A stretch of DNA of 63,798 nt, filler included, from Octopus bimaculoides (Eukaryota): assembly GCF_001194135.2 (NCBI RefSeq). It is 4 parts of 4 records of this genome, joined end to end, with 100 filler letters (N's around TTAATTAATTAA, not from the genome) between each part and the next. Parts side by side here need not be neighbours in the genome. Positions count along the whole stretch, not along the records: positions 1 to 23,358 come from NC_068981.1; 3 more parts are not named here. One strand, given 5' to 3'. Below the pieces are notes generated by a model that worked only from the letters and a program-made list of their open reading frames with translations, searched no databases and had not been told where the DNA came from. Positions 1-13,300 of this stretch are shown here, in pieces (position 1 is the first letter of the stretch; every line of letters starts with the position of its first letter). Made by a program: the position numbers and the translations under genes.

Positions 1-262
1 TAAGATACTCTTATCTATAGGTAGAATTGGATTTTTTTTCTTGAGATTTTATTTAATAAGTGGCCTATCTAATCCTTTTTAAGGTAATATTCTTTACGTT
101 CTTTTTTTTCTTGGTTTTAGGTATATCTGTATCTAATACTATTATACAATTCTATTAAAAACTACATTTAACTATCTTCCTCATTAATTGTTTAAGAGAT
201 TACATACTGGGAGGGGGAGCAGTTATCTTTTCATATATTTTTCATTTTATTATACGTAAAGC
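1..262. repeat. 262-bp inverted repeat, arm 1 (PLE 3' end)
   Basis: Reverse complement of 2895-3156 with no mismatch that I could see; contains the last codons of the GIY-YIG ORF and its 3' flank. Confidence 0.95.
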
Positions 263-539
263 TATTCTTGTGTCGGCATTTTCTTCTCCTCTCATCTGTA
301 CTGTTCAGTAATACTTCTTTCGACTGGAGTATTTTCATAAACTCAGTAGTGCACAACAAGCTCATTTTATTACCTGTTCTATATGAATTCGCTCTACTAA
401 TGGTATACCAATTGAGGGTGTATTCTATTTTTTGAGATTTCAGTTCCCATATATATTTACTTAGACCTATCGAATTACTTAATTTGGGATTTTTAAACGA
501 TTGATAATGCTGGGAAATTCTTCTTTCAGTTTGATTCAC
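231..539 (-). pseudogene. GIY-YIG endonuclease C-terminal half of a second, divergent PLE (copy 2)
   Basis: RRISQHYQSF...SIGLSKYIWELK...LNW..ISRANSY...LLCTTE...LLNSTDERRRKCRHKNSF; same motif order as copy 1 but clearly different sequence. Confidence 0.82.
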
Positions 540-920
540 TATAAAGTGATAAAATAATAAGAATAAACATGCTCACAATAACAAAATCAACAGTATATAC
601 ATAAATATATATAAATATAATTAAAACTCTACGAATATAACTTTTTGGGGGTTAAACTTGCTGTATTAACTAGAGAAGGAGAGAGAGCATGAACAACTGG
701 CGTTGGAATTTGATATAATTGTTATTTTAGATAATATCATGTTATTATAAATGTAAAAATAAATTTATTATTACTAATATTGTTATTGTCTAAAGTTAAA
801 TAAAAGTAATCACAAAGTGGGGTGATTGTTCATACCACAATTAAGAAGTGGCTGTCAACTAGTGAGTATATTGGTAGGTGAAAAAAATAATAATAACTAA
901 AATTAGTATAAAGGATGAAA

Positions 921-1394
921 TTAATGAAACGAGCTGAAGGTGTGTTTCCTCCAATGCTGGCATCTGTATGCTCTCTGTGTTATCTGGTTCACTAAATTAT
1001 TCTTGAAGAACAGAATGTGGAATAGCTTCAAGTTACAGAGAGGACAAAAATCTTTACCCGTGTCATAGGGTATTGAGGTAGCCAGTATTGACCATTCCAA
1101 AGAGAATTGTTTATTGCAGTCCTTATGTTTCCAGATTAACCTACTAAGACCAGTACTATTATTTTTGTTCCTTTCCCTAAAGGAAGAATAATGGTTGGAG
1201 ATTCTCTTGGAGACCTGCGTCAAAGAGCAACCAATATAGTGTGAGACCTCTGTGTTAGTTGTTACCTTACATTGATAAACCACATTTTTGGTCCTAGCAT
1301 CCGCTCTTAAAAACTTGATTCTATTACAATTAGATTCCGAGATACTAATCTTATTGTTGTGATAGTTATTGTTATATTTACTAATGTTGTACAT
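921..1394 (-). pseudogene. GIY-YIG endonuclease of PLE (copy 1)
   Basis: NVVYQCKV...HYIGCS...KRISNHYSSF...STGLSRLIWKHK...W..LATSIPY...CPLC...RCQH: GIY-YIG with inserted CxxC and terminal C-x-H. Confidence 0.88.
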
Positions 1395-1760
1395 ATTACC
1401 TATATTTTTATCTAAATAACTATTGCTACCATATGAGTGTGTTGAATTACTGGAGAAATCGTTATTATTATTATTATTATCATTACTATTATTATCATCA
1501 TAATTGGTATGGCTGACTAGGGATGAATCTCAAAGTATAAAATTATGGGAAGATATTATCTGTAACATATTTTTTGTCTTAGAAAACCCAAATCTAACCG
1601 TGTGTTGATGATTGGGTAATAGTGAGAACCCCTAAGAAAGTTCCTATTCATCGCATCGCGGAACTGCAAAACTAAATTGGATTTAACTTGTTTCCCAAAT
1701 GGGACGATAAACAAGATGTTGTCATCAGATCTCGGTGCAATGATGGTATTGCTAAATAAA

Positions 1761-2588
1761 TTAAGTTTTCTTTTTTATTAAGGTGTTTAGAGCCGGTTCA
1801 GCCTCTTCTTTTATGTGAATGATTATAAGTGCCTCTTTCTCAGTTAAATGAGAAGAAGGGGAAGAAATAGAATTGAGTTTATCCCTGCTAGTAGTGGTAA
1901 TATCCTGCTGTACAAAAGATGAAAGATCACTAAATGAATTGATGTATCTTAACTTGTCTTTGTAACCTGCCTTCAATATGGCTGAATTATAAACGTCAGC
2001 CTCTTTATTGAAAATGTGGGAGTTAGAGAAAAGTTTAGAAAGTCTGAGTGAAATACTCTTAACTAAATTACTGGTGATAGACCTTGGATGGTTACTAAAA
2101 GGGCTTATGTACCTAAGATTTGTTGACGGTTTATGAAATGGAAAGTGTGTGTTGCTATGTAGGTCTAAAGTTACATCTAGGAAGTTGGCTATTGAGACTT
2201 CATCCTCAAAAACGATGCCAAAACCCATTCTCCAGAAGAATCTAGCTAATCTATTTTTAACCTTTTGGATGTGCTGGGGAGTGACATTTTGGAGGTATAG
2301 CAGACAATCATCTCTGTATAGACATCCATTAATATTTGGGAATTGGTCTGCCAGTTCATATAGTATAAATGAACAAACTATATCAGCTATTTGAGCTGAA
2401 TCTGAACTTCCCATAGGGACATCAAAATCCTCCGGAGTATCCTTACGTAGCCATAGCTTATTGTTAAATTTTATAATTGATTTTCGAGCTTCTAATATTA
2501 CACTAATTTCGTCCCGAGAAAGACCTGCCTTATTAATGAAATTATATGTATATACCAGCATCTTTTCCTTCTTTGGAGTAGAGTGCAT
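1761..2588 (-). pseudogene. Penelope-like reverse transcriptase (frameshifted remnant)
   Basis: ARKS...LWLRK...FDVPMGSSDSAQIADIV, YRDD catalytic motif, NFLDVTLDL and PFHKP..LRYISPFSNHP are typical PLE RT/thumb motifs. The C-terminal tail of this ORF goes out of frame. Confidence 0.9.
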
Positions 2589-2894
2589 ATAATTTTTGAA
2601 ACATATGTAGGAGTTAAAGGAACTTATTGATTATATGCGTTTTGCACCATTTATTATTATTCTTTATATCAACTCAAAATACATCACTTTAACATGGAAT
2701 TTCTCCCCCTTAACCGGGTACAATATCCCAGTTTTTGTGTGATATTTGCTACCCTGGTAACTATTAACATATTTGCATTATCAAAGTTTTTCAANNNNNN
2801 NNNNNNNNNNNNNNNNNNNNNNNNNNNNNNNNNNNNNNNNNNNNNNNNNNNNNNNNNNNNNNNNNNNNNNNNNNNNNNNNNNNNNNNNNNNNNN

Positions 2895-3156
2895 GCTTTA
2901 CGTATAATAAAATGAAAAATATATGAAAAGATAACTGCTCCCCCTCCCAGTATGTAATCTCTTAAACAATTAATGAGGAAGATAGTTAAATGTAGTTTTT
3001 AATAGAATTGTATAATAGTATTAGATACAGATATACCTAAAACCAAGAAAAAAAAGAACGTAAAGAATATTACCTTAAAAAGGATTAGATAGGCCACTTA
3101 TTAAATAAAATCTCAAGAAAAAAAATCCAATTCTACCTATAGATAAGAGTATCTTA
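2895..3156. repeat. 262-bp inverted repeat, arm 2
   Basis: Reverse complement of 1-262; starts immediately after a 100-N gap. Confidence 0.95.
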
Positions 3157-4335
3157 TTATTATCTCCCCTTGTATTCAACCTCTCCAATGATATTAGTCT
3201 TGAAGAATTTTTTTAGAGTAGTTTATTTTTTTCCCATAATACTTAGCACAGGACAGAAGGTGCAGCCATTTGTACAGGTTAAAGAAGGAGTAAATATGCA
3301 GATAAGTATTCTTCCTTTGTTAATTGTGGTAAATAGTTTCATTTACTAGTTTTATTCAATAAATTCATAACATATATAGAGGTTTTTTACTGTTTAGATA
3401 TTATTAACTTATGTTTGTCATAATTATAGTAATATATACTAGTATTGATAGGGGTAAATTTCACAATGAATTATTAATTCCCGTAAAGTTTATAAAGATA
3501 GGCGGTTTAATTTGGCGTATTTATAAAATAGTCGATGAGGGTTTTCTTTATGCTTAGCACTTTATATATATATATATATATATATATCGCTATCGTATTT
3601 TTAGGTGTTTAATTTAATGCATGGAACTCTGTGTAAATTACTTTTTTTTTTAAGTTAAACATACATCTTTTACCTTGCATTTCAACACCAGCGTACATGC
3701 ATGCACACACACACACACACATTTGTTTGTTTTTATGTTCAGTTATAATAAAACAATTTTACATTAATCTGATGGGAACTCTATACTTTTGTAGGGTACA
3801 AATTTATTATACTTAAACAAGAATATTGATAGTGACTCTGAAGTTTCAGAGCATGATGCATTGAAGTTAATCTTGTCTTCATATAGTCTCTGTCCAGTTA
3901 AAATCTTCCTAGGGTGTGTGGGTTTGAGTAGGGTTGTAATTATGTTTTAGGAGGAGTTATTATGGAGATGTGTCTTGGAGAAATTTTCATTGATTAAATT
4001 TNNNNNNNNNNNNNNNNNNNNNNNNNNNNNNNNNNNNNNNNNNNNNNNNNNNNNNNNNNNNNNNNNNNNNNNNNNNNNNNNNNNNNNNNNNNNNNNNNNN
4101 NNNNNNNNNNNNNNNNNNNNNNNNNNNNNNNNNNNNNNNNCCTGCTTTTATTTGGAAGGTTGGGGTTATAGTCAGGTATGTCACGGTGTTGTTAATATAG
4201 AAATTTGTTTGTCTAGCAAGCACTTCCATCATCACTGTAATCATTTGCTGTCCATTTTCTATGTTGGCATGGGTTGGATGTTCAGAAATGGGTGCAGGTA
4301 GGTTTGAATGTTTCTCTCTAGGTGTTCATTGTTCT

Positions 4336-4569
4336 TATTTCTTTATTGCCCGCAAAGGGCTAAACATAGAGGGGACAAACAAAGACAGACAAAGGGACTA
4401 AGTCGATTACATCGACCCCAGTACGCAACTGGTACTTAATTTATCGACCCCGAAAGGATGAAAGGCAAAGTCGACCTCGGCGGAATTTGAACTCAGAACG
4501 TAACGGCAGACGAAATACCGCTAAGCATTTCGCCCGGCATGCTAACGTTTCTGCCAGCTCGCCGCCTTA
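4336..4569 (-). mobile_element. tRNA-derived SINE, family A (full length, with TSD)
   Basis: Head GGCGGCGAGCTGGCAGAAACGTTAG (A-box-like), GAGTTCAAATTCC (B-box-like), core GCCTTTCATCCTTTCGGGGTCGATAAA; 13-bp TSD TGTTCATTGTTCT at 4323-4335 and 4570-4582. Confidence 0.92.
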
Positions 4570-5002
4570 TGTTCATTGTTCTATAAGCAATTTGATTAGT
4601 ATATAGAAATTTTAACACTTGTTTTATGGAAGCAGAGTTTGTTTGCTTATAAATATTTCTTCAATTTTATTTCAAACATGGGTATTTTACATATACCTAA
4701 AAATGTGATGCTAATAAATGTATGTGCCATGAGTGAAGCCTCAAAATGCATTAGATATAGTGCTATAAAGGTAAAATATTTTCAGCCAATCCTACCAATT
4801 AGTTTCACACGTGGATTAGGTAATTAGGTGATAACATCCAGTAGCAGAGAGCCATCACCATACTTTCCATACCAGCGATTTTGACAACTGCAGAGTTAGG
4901 CTGTCACCAAATAACCTAATTCATGTGTGAAAGCGATTAGTAATACTGACCAAAATGGATCTATAGTACTGTATATTATAACAGTTGAGATATATATATA
5001 TA

Positions 5003-5150
5003 AGGCAAGCTGGCAGAATCATTAGCACACTGGGAAAAATGCTTAGAGGTATTTCATCCATCCTTACATTCTGAGTTCAAATTCTGCCAAGGATGACTTT
5101 ACCTTAAAACAAGTAACAGTTGAGCATTGGGGGTCGATGTAATTGGCTAT
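5003..5150 (+). mobile_element. SINE family A, diverged
   Basis: GCTGGCAGAATCATTAGCAC...GTTCAAATTCTGCC...GGGGTCGATGTAAT; follows a (TA)n run. Confidence 0.8.
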
Positions 5151-8099
5151 TTACTCCTGGGTAAGAGTATAAAAACTAAATCCCTCAGTCAAGCTACAAT
5201 GAGCCAGTGTGGCAGAGTAGGCTCATCACACCAGTATGATTTCAAGCTCAAATTCATGACCACTGCATCAGACCATGTTTGGTGGAGAGAACATGCTGAG
5301 GCCTTCAACCTGCAGTGCACTGAACATAGGAAATTATATATATGTATACACACATACACATGACTGTGCATGTCTGTAAATACAAATATATAAAAATTAC
5401 AAAGAGTGTAGCTATCATGTTATATACATAGTAATATTTATGTTTACATGCATATGTCTGTAAAACCTACCTTGACCATTTTATTCAAATATATGCACAT
5501 ATAATTGTCTGTGTATGTGTGTACATATATATATGTGTGTGTGTGTGTGTCTGTGTGTGTGTGTGTGTGTGTGTGTATCTTTGATGTCAAAATATTTTTG
5601 GCGTATCACATAAGATCTTTTGTTACCAATTTGATTTATTCATGCCTACCGCAAGTAGACATGAATAAATTAAATTGGATGAGTAAATAATCAAAGACTA
5701 TCTCTTGCATTATATTGATCAACTTATTTCATGACAGTTCTGGTCAATCTGAACTGAGCAGACCTGTCAAATTTTAACACTAAACTATGGCTTCATGGTT
5801 ATCATTTTTCCGAACTAAGTATTATGGAAGAAGTCTTCTGGAGATTGTTTTTATAGACCTATATTTTCAATTGACTCATTATCAAGGAAGGAAAAGAAAA
5901 TTTTGAAAGGGATGAGGAAGATGTATGAAGTACGAGAGTCATACTGTCAAACTCTATTACCTAAGAGGGAACTTGAATCAGTCAAAATTCTAATTGAATA
6001 ATACTTAACACTGATGTCAACAACTTTAAAAAATTTCCTTCTGAAAGTGAAAACTAACAAATAATTTCAATAAACTTTCAATAAGCTGGAGGTGATGGTT
6101 AAGAAAATGAAAATCTAAAAAAGGTATGCAAAGCAATATGTATTCTAGTTTCTTCAAGTACCAAAGCAACACCCAAATGAAACTACATTATAATCTTCAT
6201 TAAGCGTCTGCCCTCCTGGTATAGTGAATACACTGTCTCCCATTTTAAGATTTCTAAACTGTTTTACAATGTTTTCAGCCCTAACAATTTACCTGAAGTA
6301 AAAGAAAGGTACTTAAACTTATGATCATATATAGAAAATTATATTTCTCATGCAAATGCAATGAAAACATTTTATCCAATTGATTTAATTTAAAAAGCAA
6401 TCCTTCCATACTGTTGGGAAATAAAGTTATCACCTAGAGTACAACTTATTGATGATGGCAGCAGCAGTTCTGATAATGATGGTAGCAGTGATGATAATGA
6501 TAAAGAATCACATTTATTGCACAGTAGTGCTCTGGTTATGAATATAAGTGTGGTTTAAAAGTGTTGCACACTTGCACCAGAATATATTACATCAACTATA
6601 GAAAATATTTATAACCATCCATTTTATTAAATTTCAACTTGAAGAATTTAATACATTTTTTCATATTTGGTTGATACTCAGTTTGGGTCCACTTAAATGT
6701 CTTTTGTGCATGTTTCCTTTCTGTAGTACATCTGTATTTTTTTTTTCCAGTAGCTATAAAATAGCCATGAGATATCTCAAGTAGCTAAATTTAGTTGAAA
6801 AATGCTATGCCGGATCAAGTCTACAAAGTCTATGTAAATGAAGCCAACATAAGAAGAACCAAACCAGTCAAAAGAGGATTTATACTCTAGACAAGGCAGT
6901 TCTAACTCTTCTAAACAAAATAAAATAAAAAAAAAAAAACGAGAGAAAAACAAAGTACCACAATAGATATATGCCAAAATATCACATTTGGATATATTAC
7001 TCTAATTATGGGATGCTGTTTTAAATAACACATTGAAGATTAATTCAACCAAGCTAAAAGACTTATAGTAATCCTTATGCATCCAAATGAAATTTTAGCT
7101 GTCCACCATTTTTCACCAGTTTATTGAACCAATGAGACAATATCATTTAGCCAAGTAGAACCAAAGCATGCACACATGCATGCACACACACACAACCTCT
7201 TTCTTCCACTTCAGCAGTATTCAGCAAGAGTAGGAATTGTCAGAATCAATTTTTGTCAACACTTGTTTCAGCTAATTTTAATACAGTTCAGTTGAATGAA
7301 ACATGAATTTTCTATATTATAATTCTACCAGGTTACACACCAAATATGTTGATTTCCATTTTATATTAACCATGGCAACATTTTCTGCTCACATTACACA
7401 TGCGACCCCAAAGAACTTTATTTCAAGAATATATGCATAACACTACTTCTATAACATGTTCAACTCAAACTTTGTTTCATATCAAAGTTGTAATTGAGGA
7501 TTTACTTTCCTGTATATGAATTAGTCTCATTCAAACTTCTACATTATGAGCATTTGAAAATAGACATGTATTGTTAAATCATTAAAGGAAAAAAGTATAA
7601 TCATATCTAGTAAAAATCCATTAAAAATGTAAGTGGAATGATTTGATAAAGCAAATATAAAGTTTAAAGAATAGTCAGCATCTTGGAGTAGAGAAGCATT
7701 CAATGTTAAAATCCATTATCTAAATTTTATTCTGAATCTTAGCCGTTTTATTTCACTCACATTGCAAGACTTGGGGAAAGTACAAAGTTTACATCGTTTA
7801 TCTAGGTAAGGTTTTGCATGCAAGATAAAAACAAATACTGATTTTCAAGTACTGGAAGTTTGCAGACCGAAATGCATAATGACACTACCAAAGAACTCAC
7901 TAAATGTTTCAGAATAATAATGAAGTTTTCAGATGTTGATATAGGTCCAAATAGTTTCAGGAAATGGATAAGTTAAGTGAATAAATGGTATTTATATTAT
8001 TTATCTAGAGGGATGCAGATGGGGTTTGAGCTTGGAACACTGCACTGTGTTGTGTCTTCTGCTCAGCTACCCAATCATTATAATTTCTAACATCAGCAA

Positions 8100-8215
8100 A
8101 AGGCCACAATAGTCATTATATAAACCCTGAAAGGTTGAAAGGCAAGATCAACTTCATCAGGATTTGTAGTCAGAACTTAAAGGGACATAACTAAATACCA
8201 CAAGACATTTTCACC
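8100..8215 (-). mobile_element. SINE family A, old fragment
   Basis: CCCTGAAAGGTTGAAAGGCAAGATCAAC...CAGAAC matches the family A core on the minus strand. Confidence 0.6.
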
Positions 8216-9225
8216 TCCTTTCTATTACAAGTTATGCCATCCACCTCACCCTGCCTCAAACTACATCTATAAGAAGGATAAAAAGAAACGAGAATTTAAG
8301 TTAGTGAAAGAAAGATCCTAGAATCTTTCAAGATAGTAATATGAATTTCAGAGAAAAAAAATTAACTCCATTGAACCAAGAGCCTGTGACTTACAGAAAC
8401 CAAGCATTGTTTTTAAGTGAGAAAGCAAAAAAGTATAAATTATGGCTGCATGAAGAATACTGAGGACCATATTTTAGTTGCTGGATAAATTTTCACCCAA
8501 GATTTTAAAATTTAAGTTAGCGGTGGGGGAGCAGGATAGATTTTGTACTTCCCCCTCCCTCATTTCCTGACTGTTGATGCTAATGCAGTTGAGGTTCAGC
8601 TTGAACATTTATAGGCTAATGAACATTTGTAGGTTAATGTCTATAGGAAAAATGTGAATGCATGAGTAGGAATTACAAAGGTTTATAGCTACATGAAGGA
8701 AAAGGATTGGGCAATGTGTTTGGTGGGGAAAGATGGTTATGAGACTCAGGGAGAGATAATTATGTTATGTTGGGTCAGTTTGCAAGGAAAAGGTAGGCTG
8801 CTAGCTACTCTGGAGAAGCAGAAGCTATTGTGGTAATGGAAACAGAACAAAAAGAGCTAGAAGTTATATCTTTGCTGATGGTATTTTTGGGGTGTAGTCT
8901 AAGATGTGTGTGGAGGTGCATGCGTGTGTTTCTAGCAGCACAGTTCCAGATATATTAGCAGTACTCCAATGAGAGTTGCAGATTGCATTTGAATTTTATA
9001 GAACAACTAATGAGATTAACTACTTTGTTGGCATGAAAATCTGCCTCGTCTTTGTGATGCAGTTGTGTCAATGTTTATTATGAGTATCAAAATGGGTCAT
9101 GTCAATTTTTTCCCCTTCAACTGCATAAAAACACAATCACAACACATAAATCAATATTGTACCCCCACTTCACTAAATATGAACAATATATAAATAGAAG
9201 CCACAAGGCTGCTACAAACACTGCC

Positions 9226-9520
9226 TCATATTACTGAGAAGCTGTCTTGGCAAAAGCATATTCTCATCTGAGCAAAGTTTGCATTACAAAGACCACAAAA
9301 AACACTCAGTTCCTAACAAGTAATAAACCTCCATAAAACTCATATAAAACCTCTTAAGCTGTACTGCTCTCATATTTGGGATGGTATTACTGCTACACAT
9401 ATAGATATCTTAGACTGTGTACAAAGAAAAACCACCTAAGTGATTGACATGAAGTTACTCCTGGGCATTCCAATTTCTGGCCTACAGACACGCTTTCTCT
9501 TTCATGTACCGTTTTCCTAT
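9226..9520 (+). pseudogene. CR1/L2/Crack-group LINE RT C-terminal remnant
   Basis: Translates to ITEKLSWQKHIL and YCSHIWDGITATHIDILDCVQRKT (YCSxxW...L.xVQR motif), with stops and frameshifts. Confidence 0.72.
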
Positions 9521-9699
9521 CAAAGGAAGGAATAAATCAAGGTGACAAAAGAAGAATTTGTTTACGACTATTTAAAGTGGGAGCAATTGAGTTAGTAGTT
9601 GGCAGAATAAGTTGCTTTTAAGGAATAACACACACTACAATGTGTTACCAGATTGGGATAGATTACTGTAGAGAAGTAAGGTTAAAAGGTTTAGTTTTT

Positions 9700-10345
9700 T
9701 GGGTGTGTGCTAGAAGTGAAAGAGAAACAAAAGATGGAATTTGAAATATTAAAACAGGAAAACAATTAATGAAAAGAATGGATACCCTTAAGGAAAGAGG
9801 AGAAAGGGACAAAAAGAGAGAAAAAAAATCAACAGAAGATTCAGTAGAAGAGGAGAAAGGAGAAACAAGGTAAGGCAAGAAAAGAGAGGAGAAAGAGGAC
9901 AGATGAGAAAGTGAAAGTAAAAAAATATGGGATGAAGCAAAGGAGAGCAATGAGATAAAGGAAAAAGACAAGAAAAAAAAGCCAGAGAAAGAAAACAGAG
10001 AGAGACAGAGCAGAATGAAAAAAAGAGAAGAGAAAGAGACAGAAGGAGAGAAAACAAAAGAGAACAAGAAATAAAAACAGAAGAAAGAAAAGATAAGTAG
10101 CAAAAAGAAATAAAAATGATGAGAAAACAAAAGGATATAGAAGACAAAAAAACAATACAATAAAAACTGTTTTGTGTGTCCTTCTTCATTACGTTGATTT
10201 TTCATTTATTTTTTCCAGAGCTAAGAAGCAGTGGAAAAAAAAACAATATAAGACAGAGACAAAAAGTAACTATAAAAAAGAAGAAAACATAGCAGGAGAA
10301 GAAAGAGAGAGAAAAAGAAGAAAAAAAATAGCAGTAGAAGAATTT
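9700..10345. repeat. Purine-rich (GA/A) low-complexity tract
   Basis: Almost entirely A/G; produces the spurious Phe/Leu/Ser ORFs on the minus strand. Confidence 0.85.
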
Positions 10346-13300
10346 CATACCAACATAGTAACTTTATTTCTAATAAAGTAGATGAGGTTTGCAATAATTG
10401 GCTGAAACCAATTAAGTATATTCATTTGTTTTTATAACACTGTATAAAATTATTGAATGAAAGAACTTGCTGAAGAGAAAAGCTTAGAGTAGAATGAATG
10501 TGACCATATTTAGAACTAGGTATAAAAATAAAGAGTGGATAGAAAGCTATCAAGTCATATGATGGAGTGAGGAAGATTTCTGGAACAAATGACCCTAGTT
10601 AAATTGATAAAAAGGTGATACATATTTACACAGCATCATTGCAAAAGTCAACATATGCGAGTCATCAATCAGGCTATGAACTGTTTAAGACTTTTGAACA
10701 AATGTTTAGAAATATATTCTAAATTTGAAAAGAAAATGGAACATATATGTTACAACTATTTACCCTGAAGCCTGCTCTAACTGAGTAGATCTATGATCAC
10801 AAGCATTCAAGCTGTAACCCCACTTTTTCTTTTTTTCTTTTTTCAGACATACTGTATCTAGGACTTCTCTATTCAATGCTTTTTTTCTTTTTCAAGGTAA
10901 TACAATGTGATTTGAGGAAGACTTGACTGCTATTTCTAACAGACTAAGCAACAAAAAAAAATTGTAATTTTAAGTCTGAAAGATTGCAATGTAAAAACCA
11001 CACATTTTTTTTCGTTTTTTGTTGTAGTTCTTTTAGAGGAATATTGTTTTCGGAGGAGTATATATTTAGCAAGCAAATTCAGAAACTGAGAGGAATAAAT
11101 TCAAGAAATCTATATTGTATTGTCATACAATATGAATAATATTTTGTGAAGCTAAATCCTTGATGTTAGTCTGGTTGCATTAAGGATATAATAACTTCCA
11201 AAGTTGACATACTGCATTTCATTACAGACATTATTAGGCTACAAGTTTCATTTGTATGTGTGTGTGTCATTAAAAAAAAATTCTATTGCTATATGAGAAC
11301 TTAAAGCATATTTATTTGTTTAATATGGTTAATAAAAATAATAAATTGAGCACCTAAATAAATTTATACATGTTAGGCAATAACTAGTATGTCAAAATGC
11401 CACATGTATAGATAAAAATCAGGAAATATCAAAACGCTAACCATAGATAAAAATCATTTGACTGATTTTTTTTCCCCCCAGTAATACTTACTAATTTGGT
11501 TTTTATTAATATCATGTTCATTATAGTTTTTCTAAACATCCTTAAAACATTTTAAATACATTTGTGATCATGTATGGATAGACAGTCGACAAAAGAGACA
11601 AACAGGAGGTGTGTGTGTGTGTGTGTGTAATGATAGACAGCGATAAAGAGAATAATGGATACAGAGAGAAAAGAAAGACACCAAGACAAAGGTTTGTAAT
11701 TTGCTGTAAATGTGTGATAAACGAGCATTGCTAATTTACTTGTGATTCCACAGGCATTTGATCTTAAGAATTGATAAATATAAGTGAATATTTATAAAAG
11801 CACAAAGAACTAAAGTTAGGTGGCAAATAATATGAGATTTGCAAAGATAATCAAAGATACAGTTTATTGGCTAAAATGGAATTGAATACAAGATAAAATT
11901 AAATATATTTTGGATTATCAATATAAACAACTAAAATTATAACTCTCCCAATGACACACCCTGCAATTTGCAACAGCTGAGACAGAAAATACTTCAGACT
12001 TAACTAATAAATCCTACACAAAGTCAATTTACCTACACTAGATTATTGCTCAAATATCTAAAATGGAGAATGCACACATCCATCGCAGACTTTATCTCAG
12101 CAAAAATGTAATTCATGTGATAGGTAAGCCTTCAACTACCAATGTTACACAACTACTGGCCAACTGTCAAATTATATCCTGTTTCTTCCATTCTATTACA
12201 ATGGTTTCTGCACATCTTAACAGGTTGTCAGTATCCACACACACTCTCTGTCTCTCTCTCACTCACACACACATTTAAACCCTTTCAATATCCTCAACTC
12301 CTCCTCCCCTTATACCTGCTGCATCTTAGCTCATCCTAGATCCATGCTAACGTTTTTACTCAATCCTTACCAAAATCCTCATTTCAGAATTCTTACCCTA
12401 TTAGGTTTTCCTTCCAACTATACACCTTCATCAAATCTAACCTGAATATTATACAGTAACTTCATTCACTCTCTCCGCCCTTTAATATAGGAGGGTAAAA
12501 AGATACAGATAATAATCATTTTCCACAAAAGTATAACGACAAAGTAAAATTTCTCTTTTGCATGAGAGTCTTAACATTTCACGTTCAACTTTATAGTCTT
12601 TTTCTATATGTGATGAGCCATTTCGAATGAATAGATTCCTAAAGTGTTTTCTTTAGAAGATGAACAATACTAATTACTTATTTCATTCGTTATCTCAATA
12701 TACAAAGCAAAATATTTCAATTTATTGGAAAATGTATCATCAGATTTAAATGTACTGGTAGACGATTATATTTATTTCATTTTTTTATTCTTTAAGATAA
12801 TCTTTACAATACAGGTATGGCCAGACCTAGTCTTTCGTTGAAACATATATATATATAATCAAAGGTTTAGTTTGATGATAATATCCGAAGTTTTTCCCAG
12901 CCTTGCTGCCAGTTCAGGAAAAATTAAAAGATTATCATGTGGCAATTACGTTAAACAAACCTGTCATCCCTTATCATATATCACCCATCAAAGAATATAT
13001 ATATATTTAGTAAATCTTTTCAAGACCGTTCTTCATGCGTATGTTACCTCCCTTGAAGGGTATCCCGACTCGACTCCTCTAAATATGGCAACATTATATT
13101 TATAGTTACTTCAAACGGTCAGAAATATTCTTTGACAATCTCAAGTAAATTTTTCTTCGTCACATGTTACTTACAAACGTTATCTCTTCAAGGGAAATAA
13201 GTAATTGGAAAGTATACCTATCAAACAGTATAGTCACAAGCTCTGAGGAAGACGCTTCTAATGCTCCCACCAACCAAATGACTACATTTCTTCCAATTTT

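Larger units (their letters stand above)
231..2794 (-). mobile_element. Decayed Penelope-like retroelement (RT + linker + GIY-YIG), Naiad-type, with a second divergent GIY-YIG 3' end downstream
   Basis: RT motifs FDVPMGSSDSAQIADIV and LYRDD; frameshifted linker NILFIVPFGKQVKSNL...FRDAMNRNF at about 1600-1720; GIY-YIG endonuclease domains at 921-1394 and 231-539. Confidence 0.88.

Noticed and set aside
1690-1730. CTGATGA...GAAAC on the minus strand inside the PLE, resembling a hammerhead
   Set aside because: It lies in the coding linker (RSDDNILFIVPFGKQV), and stems I and II do not pair.
4336-4569. tRNA-like A/B boxes as real tRNA genes
   Set aside because: No cloverleaf or acceptor stem; they continue into SINE core and tail and have TSDs.
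6162-6292. Candidate exon 2 of the minus-strand gene (AENIVKQFRNLKMGDSVFTIPGGQTLNEDY)
   Set aside because: The strong acceptor at 6293 gives an immediate in-frame stop; the open reading needs a weaker downstream AG, and the similarity to alpha2delta is only suggestive. Unresolved without RNA-seq.
9663-10381. Long Phe/Leu/Ser-rich ORFs resembling membrane proteins
   Set aside because: Translation of a purine-rich low-complexity tract in all three frames.
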